Shown here: positions 25,880 through 39,059 of the stretch, one piece after another | Position numbering within the stretch: the stretch's first letter is position 1 | Layout: the number at the start of each line of letters is the position of its first letter | Assembly (NCBI GenBank): GCA_012295275.1 | Contig: CM022665.1 | Location: forward strand, 35,650,001 to 35,714,000 | Length of the DNA stretch: 64,000 nt | Reading direction: 5' to 3' | From: Chrysomallon squamiferum | Taxonomy: Eukaryota > Animalia > Mollusca | Notes under the pieces: model-generated | What the model saw: only the letters and a program-made list of their open reading frames with translations | What the model was told of the DNA's origin: nothing | The model's database searches: none | Translations under genes and position numbers: made by a program

Positions 25880-27582
25880 TGCTAGTTTAAGTATTTCGGT
25901 GCAATACCAGTAGTGTATAGACAGCAGCACTACTGAGTATAAATTATTTTTGAATCTCGTAAATAGCCGAAATTTTGAAATATTACGTCAACAAAGATAT
26001 TACGTCAGCATTTATTTGAGTCTGTACTGCTAAATACAGTTTTGACAATTAATTTTTCTTTCAATATCGTATCTGAAAGCCATCATCAATCGATCATTGA
26101 TCGGTAAGTAACCTGTCCGTTTGCCCTTTTAATTAATATCTTCAAATTTTGTGACAGAAAAACCTTTCAGTAGAGAACATTTAAACATTGTTAAGTTCAT
26201 TTCCAGTAATTTGTAATTTTGAATTTACGGAGTTAGGCACTTTCATTAAAAAGGTTAAATTATTAAATGTATTTAGTGAAATGCAGATTCTATGATTACA
26301 TTAAACTTGAATATATCAACAGATAAACCGTGAGAAGTATTAAACACATTTTTGTGAGCTGATAATCGCGAATTTCTGCTATTCACTGCCATTATGGAAA
26401 CTGTGACAGTAACATTGTTTAAATCTCTGCAAATTTGTAACCAAAACATTTGGTTAATTTCAGAAACAGAACTAACATCCAGCATTTTTCTGATAAGGAG
26501 GCTTCCTATTATAAAAAAACTAAATATTGGTCACACTCACATATTGCTTCTTTGGTGACGTTGGCTCGTGAAAGTGAATGTGGCTAACTGAGTTATTTAT
26601 ATATTTTTAAATTTATAATAGCATGGAACAACAGAAACGATAACTCGTAACGGTACAAATTAGGTCACCGGAAAAAATGCCTCCAGAATTTCGCCGATTT
26701 AATGGGTATAAACAACGCCTGAATGTTCTTTTCTGTTGGGTTCTGACATGGGGAACATTGCCAACCGGAAAAGTTAATCATTAATCTTATAACAAATTAT
26801 AATTTTAGTTCATTATGCACGCATTTGCACAAAATAATCCAGTTTGAAAAGTTTTGTTTACGTTGAAAAAGTAGTTAGGAAAGGCGCAGGAGGTCATGGC
26901 TTGGTAATATGAACAACCATCCATACCTTTATCAGTGTAAATCATAAAAAGTTCAGAAAATACACGTAACTTTGATGTCATACCATCTCGTACCCGTTTC
27001 GTACTATTCTTTTCTTTTTTTTCAAATATTATTACGACGTCGCCAGCAACAAAAACATCAACAACAACAACAACAATTTTTTTTAAAAAAAAAAAAAAAA
27101 AAATTATAATAATAAAAATAAAAATAAAATGAAAGAATTAAATAATTTTCACAGACACTGGCGCGAGAAGAAGATGAAGATGACTATTCTGATTAGGTAC
27201 AACAATGTGGACACGTTACTCTGCCCAAACTCCATAGCGGATAACTGTAAAACAATACTTGACACCATTATAATTCCTTTTTTTTTTATATAATATTTAT
27301 TTCCATTTTCAATGCATTAGAGGTGGTATTTACATGTAAAATGCAAATTGATCACGTGTTATTTGAATGATTGCCTTGATACATTCATTATAATGTTTGA
27401 TACCTATTTTAGAACAGAAAACGTAAAATCTTTTTTTTTAAATTACAATTAATGGTCCGTTAGCCGGCCGTCTAAAAAAATTAGTTAAAAATTAATTTTT
27501 CATTTTTTTCGTTAAAACAAAAAGCATTCAACTTCTAAAACCTGTACTATTATGTATGCAAACAATGAGTTTCCTATCTGAA

Positions 27583-27613
<31 letters not shown>

Positions 27614-27935
27614 TTGGTCCATGCTACTTTTTGAATGATATTTTGATTATTCCATTTAGAAGAAGAAGAAAAGTCTCTTCTGCTACAACTACTAACACTG
27701 TTGCTACTGCTGCAACTAATATTAACTGTTTATTTAAATATTTTACAACTTTAACTACTACTCCATAAAAAAAAAAAAAAAAGATAGCAACAAATTAGTT
27801 ATTACAGTTATTGCTATTAGTTCTCTTATGGAGATAAGATTGCAAAATTTATTTCACTTCCATTTTTCTTAATTTTCGATCGATTTCTTCAAAACTTGAA
27901 AGACAAATAAAGCATTGTTATTTTTTATTTCCAAA

Positions 27936-27983
<48 letters not shown>

Positions 27984-29150
27984 TAATTTCAATTTTAAAA
28001 CCTAAACTGATCGTGATCGCTGAAAAAGTATTATTTAGGTTTTGCATAATGATATTCTCTAAATGATGACAATGTACCTTCGACAAAAAAGAAAAAAAGA
28101 TGTTGATTGAAAATTCAAAAAGTTGCGAGCTGTACATTCTTGACATTATCTTTTCGGATTAGCTATATTATTAATTACGTTCTATGCGGAATAGATCAAT
28201 TAAATAATATGCGGTCAAAAACAGAACAGACGACGAGGAAACGCAGTACAGTGAAAAGGTACAGAAATGCGAAATGGTACGATAGCTAGTATATCTCCTA
28301 CGTAATACCAGTTGGGTATAGAGGGCAGCACTATTGTGCATACATTAATTTGGAATCTCGGAAAGTCAGTCCTCTGAAATCAGACGTCAGCAAGCAAAAG
28401 AAAGATAAAACAGAAAGAATAAATTTGTTTTCATATTTATTTTTTTTAGTGGATATAGCATTTCAGAAATAATATTAGTTACAGATTAGAATATTATTCA
28501 TTTGTCTTTATAATAAATATTTTCAAAGTTTGTGACAGAAAAACTTTTCCAGAGAGAAAAATACATGCACCATTAAATATTTAATATTTTTTCCATTTTT
28601 ATGAATAATGAATTTATTCGTGTAATTTGACATACTGTGATATATGAGAGCGATCATTACAGAAATAAAATTGTTTCAAGAAAAAATCTGTTTATTTACA
28701 TTTAGTTTTCCTTTACAATGTCATCCATTTTGAAGGTTGATTTTGTTTTTCTCCCCAACTTTAAATTTAATAATTTTCAGAAACAGTAGATGAATCATAA
28801 TTTATTTTGAGAAAGAAGAACAATTTTAGCTTAAAATATACTTACTGTTTTATTTCATTACAGTGGAATTTACATGTTGCAACTGGTGCCATAATTATTA
28901 TTAATAAAGTCTTCATTTATTTTGTCATTTATGCTTTCTACCATCTTCCCTTCTGCCATAAAAAGGATTTCTATGGAAGCAGTAGCAGTACATTTCTGCT
29001 ACAACTGCTGCTGATACTACTACTAATAATATAGCTGCTGCTGTTAGTACTTTACTATTTACTTAATTTTCTACAATTTTTACTACTTCTACTAGTACAA
29101 ATAATAACAAAATATAACAGTTACAACAAATACTTCAGGTTAATCACTTA
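25880..29150 (+). promoter_or_regulatory. CpG-rich, tandemly duplicated upstream/promoter region of gene 3
   Basis: 25900-26230 is homologous to 28300-28620; ATTACGTCA twice (25982, 25999); candidate non-coding first-exon donor CG|GTAAGT at 26103/26104; CTCF-like TAGAGGGCAGCAC at 28319-28331. Confidence 0.55.
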
Positions 29151-29163
29151 CATTGAATATTTT

Positions 29164-29214
<51 letters not shown>

Positions 29215-29426
29215 GATTTAAACACTAATAAACTATATTTGCAAAACCATTGTATATTAACATCAGCAAATAATTAAACTCAGGTTTTGTTGTTTTTTTA
29301 TGACAGCTTTTGATATTTTATGAGAATAAATTCTATCATTTTTTACTGTTTTATTTTATTTGTTTTGTATTTGCAGCTATTGCCAAGACAGATTTTTTTA
29401 CATTGTATAAGCTAATAAAGTGCACA

Positions 29427-30113
29427 ATGTCAGCTGGCATGGCCATGTCAGTAACAGAACATTTTGATGTTGGTGGAGAAGGGAATGCTGTCACCGTAGC
29501 ATTGGATACATCATCAGATTTCTTAGATATGTCTAAGATTCAGGACAAAACCAACAGTCTGTTGAATGAAGAATATGTGGACTCCATTCTAAATGATATT
29601 GAACCAAAAATCTCAGTATCAGGAGATGAAATTGTTAATCCTGTAGAGGATGAAAGTATTAACAAAACCTCAAATGCCCTAGATGATCCCAAATATGGAA
29701 AGTGGGACAACAAAGAGATTATCTCAGATTTCATAGATAAAGATGATCATAATATCTGTTGTCCTCTTACAGATGAATTATTGGATCATTCTATGGACAT
29801 CTCTGATTGTAAGAAAATAAATGATTCTACAGAGGAATTGATAGACTTAAATGAAACTGATATACCAGGATATAATGTAATGGATGAAGAAAATGATAAC
29901 ACAAAGAAATGGTCCCAATTCTTCTCAGAATTTGAAGAAACCATATTTATTGGTGAACCTGAGGAAGCAAAATCTGGAATGAATGATCCTGGCGTAGAAG
30001 AAATTATTGTGGATAATTTATTTTATAATTGTGATTCAGAGAATACTGGTTATGTGGTAGTATCAACTCTTATTGAATATCTCCGATCCACGTTACTTAA
30101 TAACCAGCTTGAC
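29427..30113 (+). CDS. Gene 3 first coding exon (acidic region and first EF-hand)
   Basis: TTTGCAG acceptor at 29376, ATG 29427, GAC|GTAAGT donor; within ORF 29310-30128. Confidence 0.88.
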
Positions 30114-30919
30114 GTAAGTGTCTATTAAATCAACAGATATAATGCTGTACTTTATCAGACCAATTTATTTAATATTTTGTCAAGATGCTGTAAAGCATAT
30201 TATCACAATGTAAATGTACTGTCCTAGTTATCAATATTTTTATTTAATTCTTTTACTTGTTTCCTTTCCCAATATATTAACTTATGTTGCTACTTTACTT
30301 TCAGCCTGAAGAAGATCTCATCAGATTGATGAACATGCTGGATCCAAAAGGTGTTGATCCTTTTATTGACATGGAAAGATACAAGAAGATCATAAAGACA
30401 TGGATTGTTGATCTTAAAAATGACAAATGGTAATATCTTAATGAATCTAAAAAGACACAGACACATGCACACATATTATTATATTTTACAGTAATGTATC
30501 TCAATTAACAGATATTTTGAATTATTATACAATTTACCATTTTTTGAATAATGTTATTTTGTAAAATGTTCGTCTATCACTTATAAATGTTTTTACTGAA
30601 CAAAATTTCTCAAATAGTAATGTAATAATTTGGTGGATAATTTCTGATTCTTGTCATTAATTTTCAGTGGAAAGATTATGGATGAAACCTGTTATGAAAC
30701 CCAGTTATTGTCCGAGAATATGGATTACGATGTCCAGTTAGTTTCAAAAGACAGCACTGAGTGTTTAAAGGATATTGATATTAGTGAGTCATTTCTAAAA
30801 TAATTTTCTCTGTTTTTAGCTACATAAAAAATATTATTAATAATAATAATAATAAACATGAATTTTTAATAATAGTAATATGATTTTTTTTCATTACATA
30901 TGTAATGTCATATGCATTT

Positions 30920-30956
<37 letters not shown>

Positions 30957-33900
30957 TCACTAGGTAACAGGGAATTACACAGTATTGATATGTTGTTTTT
31001 CCAGGAAAGGTATATTAGAATTATAATTATTGTTGTCATTCTTATCATCATTTATTTCTTTTACCACTCTTGGTTTTTGTTCATAATTATTTATTTTCAT
31101 ATTATATAATTATGTTTTAAATTAGTAAAATTTACAAACAAGTAGATTATTTGAAAATGCAGGAATAATTCTTTTCTCTTCTTGCTATGTGATGTTTACG
31201 TCAAATAAAGGTATTTTATTTGAAATTATGTAATGTCTTGATAAATTACTAAAAATTAAGTAAATGAGCACTGAACTTAAAAATTATTAAATATTTTCAT
31301 CTGAAATGGGTTTTTTTGTGGATTTTTTTCAGTGAAGACAGTGATTTTGCAAATGAGATGGATAGCTCACAGTCTGAAGATGAAATTATTATGAATGTTC
31401 CAGAAAAGAAAACGGCTGTAAGTCAAACATTAATAAGGTATGTTTGCTTCATTTGTGTAATAGAGTTTATTTTTTTCATTGACATTCATAAATATCTGTA
31501 GATGTTAACTTAAGATTATATCTAACATCATTTATTCACAGTTCAGTTTTCAGTCTCTGAAGTATTTTGTTAATTATTATTTCTTTTTTACAATATTTTA
31601 TTCTTACATTCTTTTTTACCCTTTTTATGATGACTAATTTTCATTTTCTATGAAATACATTTTTTTGTTAAATTAGTTTTAAAATAATTATAAAACAAAA
31701 CTGTTGCTGAACTGGGGTTTGGATTGAGAGCCAGATGTAGCAGATGGGTCCTTTGCTTTTAGTGTTGTTTATTTATATTTTGTTCATTAAATCAACCCAT
31801 TGTATAATTTCAGTTATAACAGCTTTGGAATATATACATACTCAAGTCATATTTGAGTATTATTCTAACTGTAATATGTTTGCTTTTGCAGCCTTGAAGA
31901 ACTAACAGAGTTACAAATAGCACTAAAAGAAGAAAATGAGGAATTGAAGATGCGTTTAGTAAAATATGAAGAAATAAAAAAAGAACTGGAAAATCGCCTG
32001 AACCAGAAAGAAGAAGAAAATACTGTCCTTAATGAAGATATATATGAGTCTAAATTTAAAGTAAGTGTATTATTTTTCTGAATATTTTATGTAATTTTAT
32101 TTAAATTTTTGAAATTTTTACTATGTATTTGTTGGGTCTTTGGGTTTTTTTTAAAAAGTTTATTTATATATCAATAATTTATTATTTATTACTGATTAAC
32201 AATTAATTCTACAAACAAACAGTGTTGCTAAATTCTATTAATAATAAGAATTTAAAAATTCTGTTGTAGATTGAGCAACTTTTGTCTGATATTGAGGAAT
32301 CTAAGGTTCAGATAAAAGCCCTGCATACTGAAGTAAAAGAAAAAAATGTAAGTTCTAGAAATTCTTTTTAGTTATCTTTTAATCACTTTAAACATATGTT
32401 CTTAAATTTTTAAAGTATTCTGCTGCAGTATAAATTTAGTTGTAGAATAATATTTTAAAATTACCATTTTAAATCTTGGTTAATATATTTGATAGGAATA
32501 CAAAAATTTTAAAGTTTTATTAAATCTTTAAAATTTAGGTATTAAGATATTTTTGGCAGGATGAATAAGGTTTTAATATGTTTAATATTAATGTTTTATA
32601 ATGTACTAATATCTGATTTATTACTTTATTATCAGAAATTGATTGAGACAATTCAGGATTTTGAATCTCTACAGGAGATTCAGCTTTCTGAGGTAAATTG
32701 TTTTATCTAAAAATTATCTGACAGAAGTGTTTTATCTACACTTGATTATATTAAATAAATAAATAAAAAATAAATACATTTTTAAAATTTTGTGCTTTGC
32801 CTTTATAAGATGTTAATTACTTTATTTAATTTTATTTATTTATTAATTAATATTATTTTATTATTTTATTTTTATTTTTATCAAATTAATTAATACATGT
32901 CATGAGTGTAGCCTCTTAGTTTAAAAAAAAAAAAAATCACCTTCTTATTTATGTGATACAATAAATTTCAAATAAAATAATGCTCTGAAAGTTAAAATAT
33001 ATATTTAGAAATTTAAAAGTTTTCAATATCAAATTTATCAATATCTTTCAGTCTAAACATAGTAATGTTATGAAGATCACATGCATATTGTGTATAATGT
33101 TCTTCTTAATTTTTCTTCCACTGCAGAAAATGAAGCAAAATGAAAAACTGCAAATGTCTCTTGATGAGTTCTACAAAATTAACGAGGTATTTTGTTTTCT
33201 AGTTATTAAATGCTTACTTTAAGAATAATTGTTTCAGAAAATTTATGGTAGTACTGGATATATGTATATGAATAATAATCACAACAATAATAATGAATTA
33301 AATAAAATAAATACAAAAATATATTAGGTATTTAGTATAACATATAAGGAAATACATCTTTTTGAAAAATAAAATATCAGAAGTGATCATTAGCATTATT
33401 ATAATATAATAGTTTGTGTTAGGACTTTAGAAAAGAATCTGAGTATCTATATGTAAATATACATTATCAAAGCTAAAATTATGTTATATATTTTATTCTT
33501 TTAGGAATTAAGGATGGAATACAAAAACCTTCAGGATCAGTTGATTAAAACACCAGATCAATTTAGAAAGTAAGAAATATTTACTCCATATATGTCTTAA
33601 CTCATATTTATGTACCTTTTTAGTAGTGACTAAAATTAGGCATTACTAACAAGTAAACAATTTTGTAATTTGCAGAGATGATTGAAACAGTATCATTTTA
33701 TGTTTATTTTGTTCCCTCTTTGATAAATTTTTAAAAGTAATTTTCTTTTAGTCTTACAAACCAAGGAAGAGACCATATATCCACTTCTGTGTTTGGTCAG
33801 TGTGAATTTGATGAGGAAGATCCTATGGCATACATTTCCCTGAGTGAGAGTGGCAGTGGTTCTGTCCATAATACCTCCATTCATGATGAACTCATGGTAA

Positions 33901-36900
33901 TAATTATAAAATAATGACAGCCAATGATAAGCATAAAGCAGTCTGTATTTGTTACAAAATGTTTATTAATATCAAAATAAATAAACAATAAAAATAACAG
34001 AAAAAAAAGTTTTAGGCAGAATAACAATTAAAATATAATATGATAGTTTAATGAAATTATGTTATCATCACTCCAAATTTGTACTTTATTAAATGGGACA
34101 TTGATTTCCTCTTTTCTTAAATATTTGTATGATAGATGGATGCCAAATATCTGGCATCACCTTTGTGTGAAAAAGACAAGATTGGTGCAGTAAAACCACT
34201 GGATAATAGTTGCTCCTGCAGAAACTCCTCCATAATTGATGACCTTTGGACTGATCTTGATATAGAAGCTGACGAAGAGGATGTTATTGTTTCTGATCCT
34301 GTTAAATTGGTTTGTTACATATGAATTGTCATTCTTTTATTGTACTACAGTAATTCAAAATATCTTGCTTACAACAAATAATTAATATTATTATATTTAT
34401 TAATCCATTGTTCAAAGTCATCAATGCTTTATGATTAAATTTGATTAATGTTGTTATTTTAAAATATTATTGAAAGGAATTCTCTAAATTTATAGTGTAC
34501 AACTTTGCTTTATGAATAAAGCTCATCATAAAATTTTATTTGTTTTTAGATTAACATCTGTAAGAGCAAATATAATCCATTACTAAAAGAAATTAGTGAA
34601 GCTTCTTACAAGTGTCAGTATTGCACCGACTTGCAAATGTCTGGATCATTTTCCCCTGCAAATGGAGAAAATGTAACAGAAGAAAACTTGAATTTGCATT
34701 CTAAATACCCGTGAGATATAGTTAATAATTATAATTATGTTTTTAGATCATATGTTTATCTCTCTGTCTCTGGTAGATTTTTGTTCCGATGAGTCCTGAA
34801 TTTTCAGTCATATAGTTTTACAACAAAATCAATATCTTAAAATAAGTTTGAACAATGAATAATTCTAAGCAATAATTTTATAAAAAGAATTTCGTGTATT
34901 GTATGTGTTTCTTTTCTTTTTTCTTTTTTTTAATTACAATAATCAGTTTTACTTTAGCAATTAACTTAACATTTGTATCTTTGACTGTTTTCGAAGTGAG
35001 ATCTGGGTAAAATTAAAACTGATTAAATTAATGTTGATGTTTAAATTATTATTAAAACCTCTTGCATGTATTAGAAGATAGAAATACTAATCGAATATTA
35101 TGTTATTTTACAGTTACAAGAAGCTGGTGACAATACTTTGCAGACTGGAGGGTAAGAACATATATATTTTTATAATAAAAAGAATAAATATATATTATTT
35201 TATTAACACTTAAAGTATTTTATTTGACTTAAGATTAAGATTATTACATGGTAATTTTACATTTAATTTTTAATATAGCTGAAAATGAAAAGCTCCAAAA
35301 AATCCACGACCTTTCAGCTGAAATAAAAGGTAGTGGTGACGACAAAGATATGACTAATAAAAACAAGATTCTAGAACTGGAAGAATCTTTGTCAGCAGAG
35401 AGAGTTCAGACTGAGCAGTTGCTTCAAGAGGTATGGAATGTTTTCTTTAAGATAGCCTAAATACATTTAGTTTTTTCTCCAAATGCTAGGGATTTTTTTT
35501 ATTATTATTATTATTTATTGATTGATTTTTTATTATTATCAAAGTAAAAAGACTTTAGAGACTGAGGATTCAGTAATCTTGTAATGATTGGTTTTTCTTC
35601 CATTTCATTTCTATGTTTGAAATAATAGAATATCTGAAAAAAAAAAAAACAATAAAAAAAAAAGACAATGACTAAATAAATAAAAATAAAAATTATAATC
35701 ACTGGGGCTTGATGTATTTTAATTTCTGAATAAATAACAAAATTACTGTTACTTGGAAATTACAATGTTTTTTTTATGGTATTTGTTTCTCCATCATAGA
35801 TGTAAACAAAAAATATTATTTAAATATTTTTACTCGTTAAAGAAAATACACACACAAAAAAAGGAATACTAGATATTAAAACTTAATGATGATTTAAATG
35901 TAAGAAGCAGTCAAATGCTATTTAGATTTTTTATCTCAGTCGTATATGGTCAGCCCACCTTAATCATGGGACTGTTATTAAAAGTATGTTTTAAAAGACA
36001 TTGTACAGCAAATTGTATTCTTATAGCATAATTTATGCTGGAATGCTGTTGCTGGTATGATTAACATCAGCTGTAGCAGTTTTTATTGATATCTACAAGT
36101 GAGGTTTGAAGTTATGAATATATATAGTATAAAAATATTTCATTTTATGTAAATGTCATGAGCATCATCAGTATTTGTACATTCATAGGTGCCCTGGCAC
36201 CATATACCCACAGAAAAGGTTGGCCAGTAATGCACTATTTATTATTTAATTAAAAATGTTGATACAATATTTTTTAATTATAATTATCAGAATTGAAGCA
36301 ATGATCAGATTATGATAAGTTTTGTAATAATTCCAAATAAAATTATAGATGTAATTATTATTTAATGGTCACTGAATTATGTTAGCTTCCATTATGTATT
36401 ATTCATTTTAAAATAAATAGTTGGGCATTCTGAATATAATTAAATATGTAAAATTAGAATGAAAGGTGGCCGAGAACTAGATCACTGGAATAAATTACTT
36501 TCAGCATTTATAAGAAAAATAAAAAAAATAAAAAAAATAATAGTAATAAAAAATAGGAATTGGTTTTGTAGAAATAGAGTTTCCTACATTTGACTAGGGA
36601 ATGAAATGGATGGTCACAAAAAAACTAAAAAACTAAAATATAATAAGAGTGATTTGAAAACTGCTTTGCTGTGAGGGAATAATAATTTTAAAAAATGTTA
36701 TTAAACACAAATGCACTGCCTATTTTATTTGAATCACATTTCACATTTATTGTTAAATTACTGATGTTAAATAATTTGTTAAATATATTAATAAATCACC
36801 AAGTAAAAATTTTATATTGTAATTAACCAACATTCTTTGTTCAAAGAATTAATGCATCATATTAGTTGATAATGCCTGGGAAAATTTTAAATCAGTGTCA

Positions 36901-39026
36901 TATATTTTTAAACAGAAAGAAATGCCTCAAACGAAAATGGAGAATAAAAATCAATACTTTTTTCTGTATTTAATATTTCATTAGTGTCAGATCCCTAAAA
37001 TCAGCAGTTACTTATTTTTTTGAAAGCACTGACTATAAATAAGATGATATTTAATATATTGCAATACAACTGTAAATGTCTTGTTATGCCATATATTACA
37101 AACCTTTAAATAATCCTAATATTTGTTGAAGCATTAAGCATATTTTGTGTATAAGAAAAAGGTCAAGAAATACACTGATAATAAATTCTAAAAAATTTCA
37201 CATCAGACCTAATAATTATCTAAAAGAAATTTTGAAATGAATGATTGTATTTAACTACACTTTTTTTAATTACATCAAATAGTAAAAATTGTTTAAGCTA
37301 GTTAAATATAATAATAGAAATGTTACTTGGATAATATGACTTATAATAAATTACTTGAGGAATCATTAAAATCTTCAATATCATTACAGAATGGAAACTG
37401 GTTTTAATATCAAATTTAATATTATCAAGATTCCTAAGGTATGCAAGACTAGAATCAGATCAGTAAAATCAGAACTAAGAACCATTTTGAATGAAGCCTG
37501 GAGCAATAAATAACATGTTTATGATATATATTTTATATACTTTGTTTTCTTCAATAAAATAAGTTTGTCAGTGCAATAATGATTTTAATTTTCAGCTTGA
37601 GCAAATAAAAAGTCAGCTTGCAGAAAGTTCTGAAGGACTTGAGGAAAAAATTAAACAGATAATAGAGTTGCAAACTGAAAACAAACAATTGAATTGCAAT
37701 ATTGAAAATTTAACAAGGTTAGTAGTCTTATATAATTGGCCTCATATTATGTGTGTCATTGTCTTTATCCTCTGTTTTGACTGGCACCAGAATTCAAATG
37801 TAACATGCCAATAAATTTGGACTGACTCACTTAAGTTTGCTGTGCCAATAGCAGAGATTGTTACATCCAGAAGACATGCCATTCTGCAGATATTATCATT
37901 CAGCAAAAAAACTGTCTGTCTTATTCCACTGAAATGCTGAAATCATTTAAAAGATCTAGAAAATTTCACCAAAAAGGTGAATCCATGATATATTAACTGT
38001 TGCATGCATTAAAGGAATAGAAAACAGATCAGTGGTTTGATGCCTGAGAGTTAACTGGCCTACAGTTGTTTCAGTTTATCAAAGGCTGTTGTATGGTGTG
38101 TTTTTTCTCCATATAAAGATGCATGTAAAAGATCCCTTGCTGCTAATCAACAGCAGTTGTGTATGTAAGTTTATTCTCTCACAACATCATTATGCAGAAA
38201 ATATCTTTATCCAAATCTATTAATAAAATTCATCAAGGTGTATTAAAAATTCTATATCAATTCTAGTGAGTAGGACTGAAAGGAATTTAAAATTTACAAA
38301 ACTGAATTCAATTGTTTCATTATATTAATGTTTATGTGCATATTTCTTACGTTTTGTTTTCTGGGAAGTGAATTCTTCATTTAGAAGAAATACATTTTGT
38401 TTGTGAAAGACATTTTTAATATTTAAAATGTGGCAATTACATTTATGTCACTTTAAATGATTTTACTTGTTTAGAAATGGTGAAATTTCCAAAGAAATGG
38501 ATACCACTTGAACAATAGAGCGATATTTGCAGAGAATACATGGATGTAAACTGAATCAATCAATGTCTATCTTGTTTGCTTCACATTTGATATTTTAGGA
38601 AATAGCTTTTTGTTATTTCACAGATAATTCTGTTGATTATGTCTAAGCAGATTGCTACCATTTGGAAAAATCAACAAATCTTTTATATGATGAATAGCAT
38701 TTCTGTATTGTGTACCACGTTATTTCTTAATTTCATATCTAAGAAAATATGAAAAATAAAATGATATTTTGGATTCATTTACATTATTTTTTATCACAAA
38801 ATGCAAAGGTGACTTTTTTAGAGTGACTGGGCCCATATTATATGTTTCTGCTATCTATCTTTTTGATTGAGCAGCTTATCAGTTTATTGTTTATAAATTT
38901 TAATTTACTGTTGATACAGATTTGTCATTCATCAGTGTAATGAAAATGTGAGATATGGAATAATTTATGCATTTCACATTATTCAACCATTATTTGTTCC
39001 TTTCAAATTGTACATCATAGATAAAA

Positions 39027-39059
<33 letters not shown>

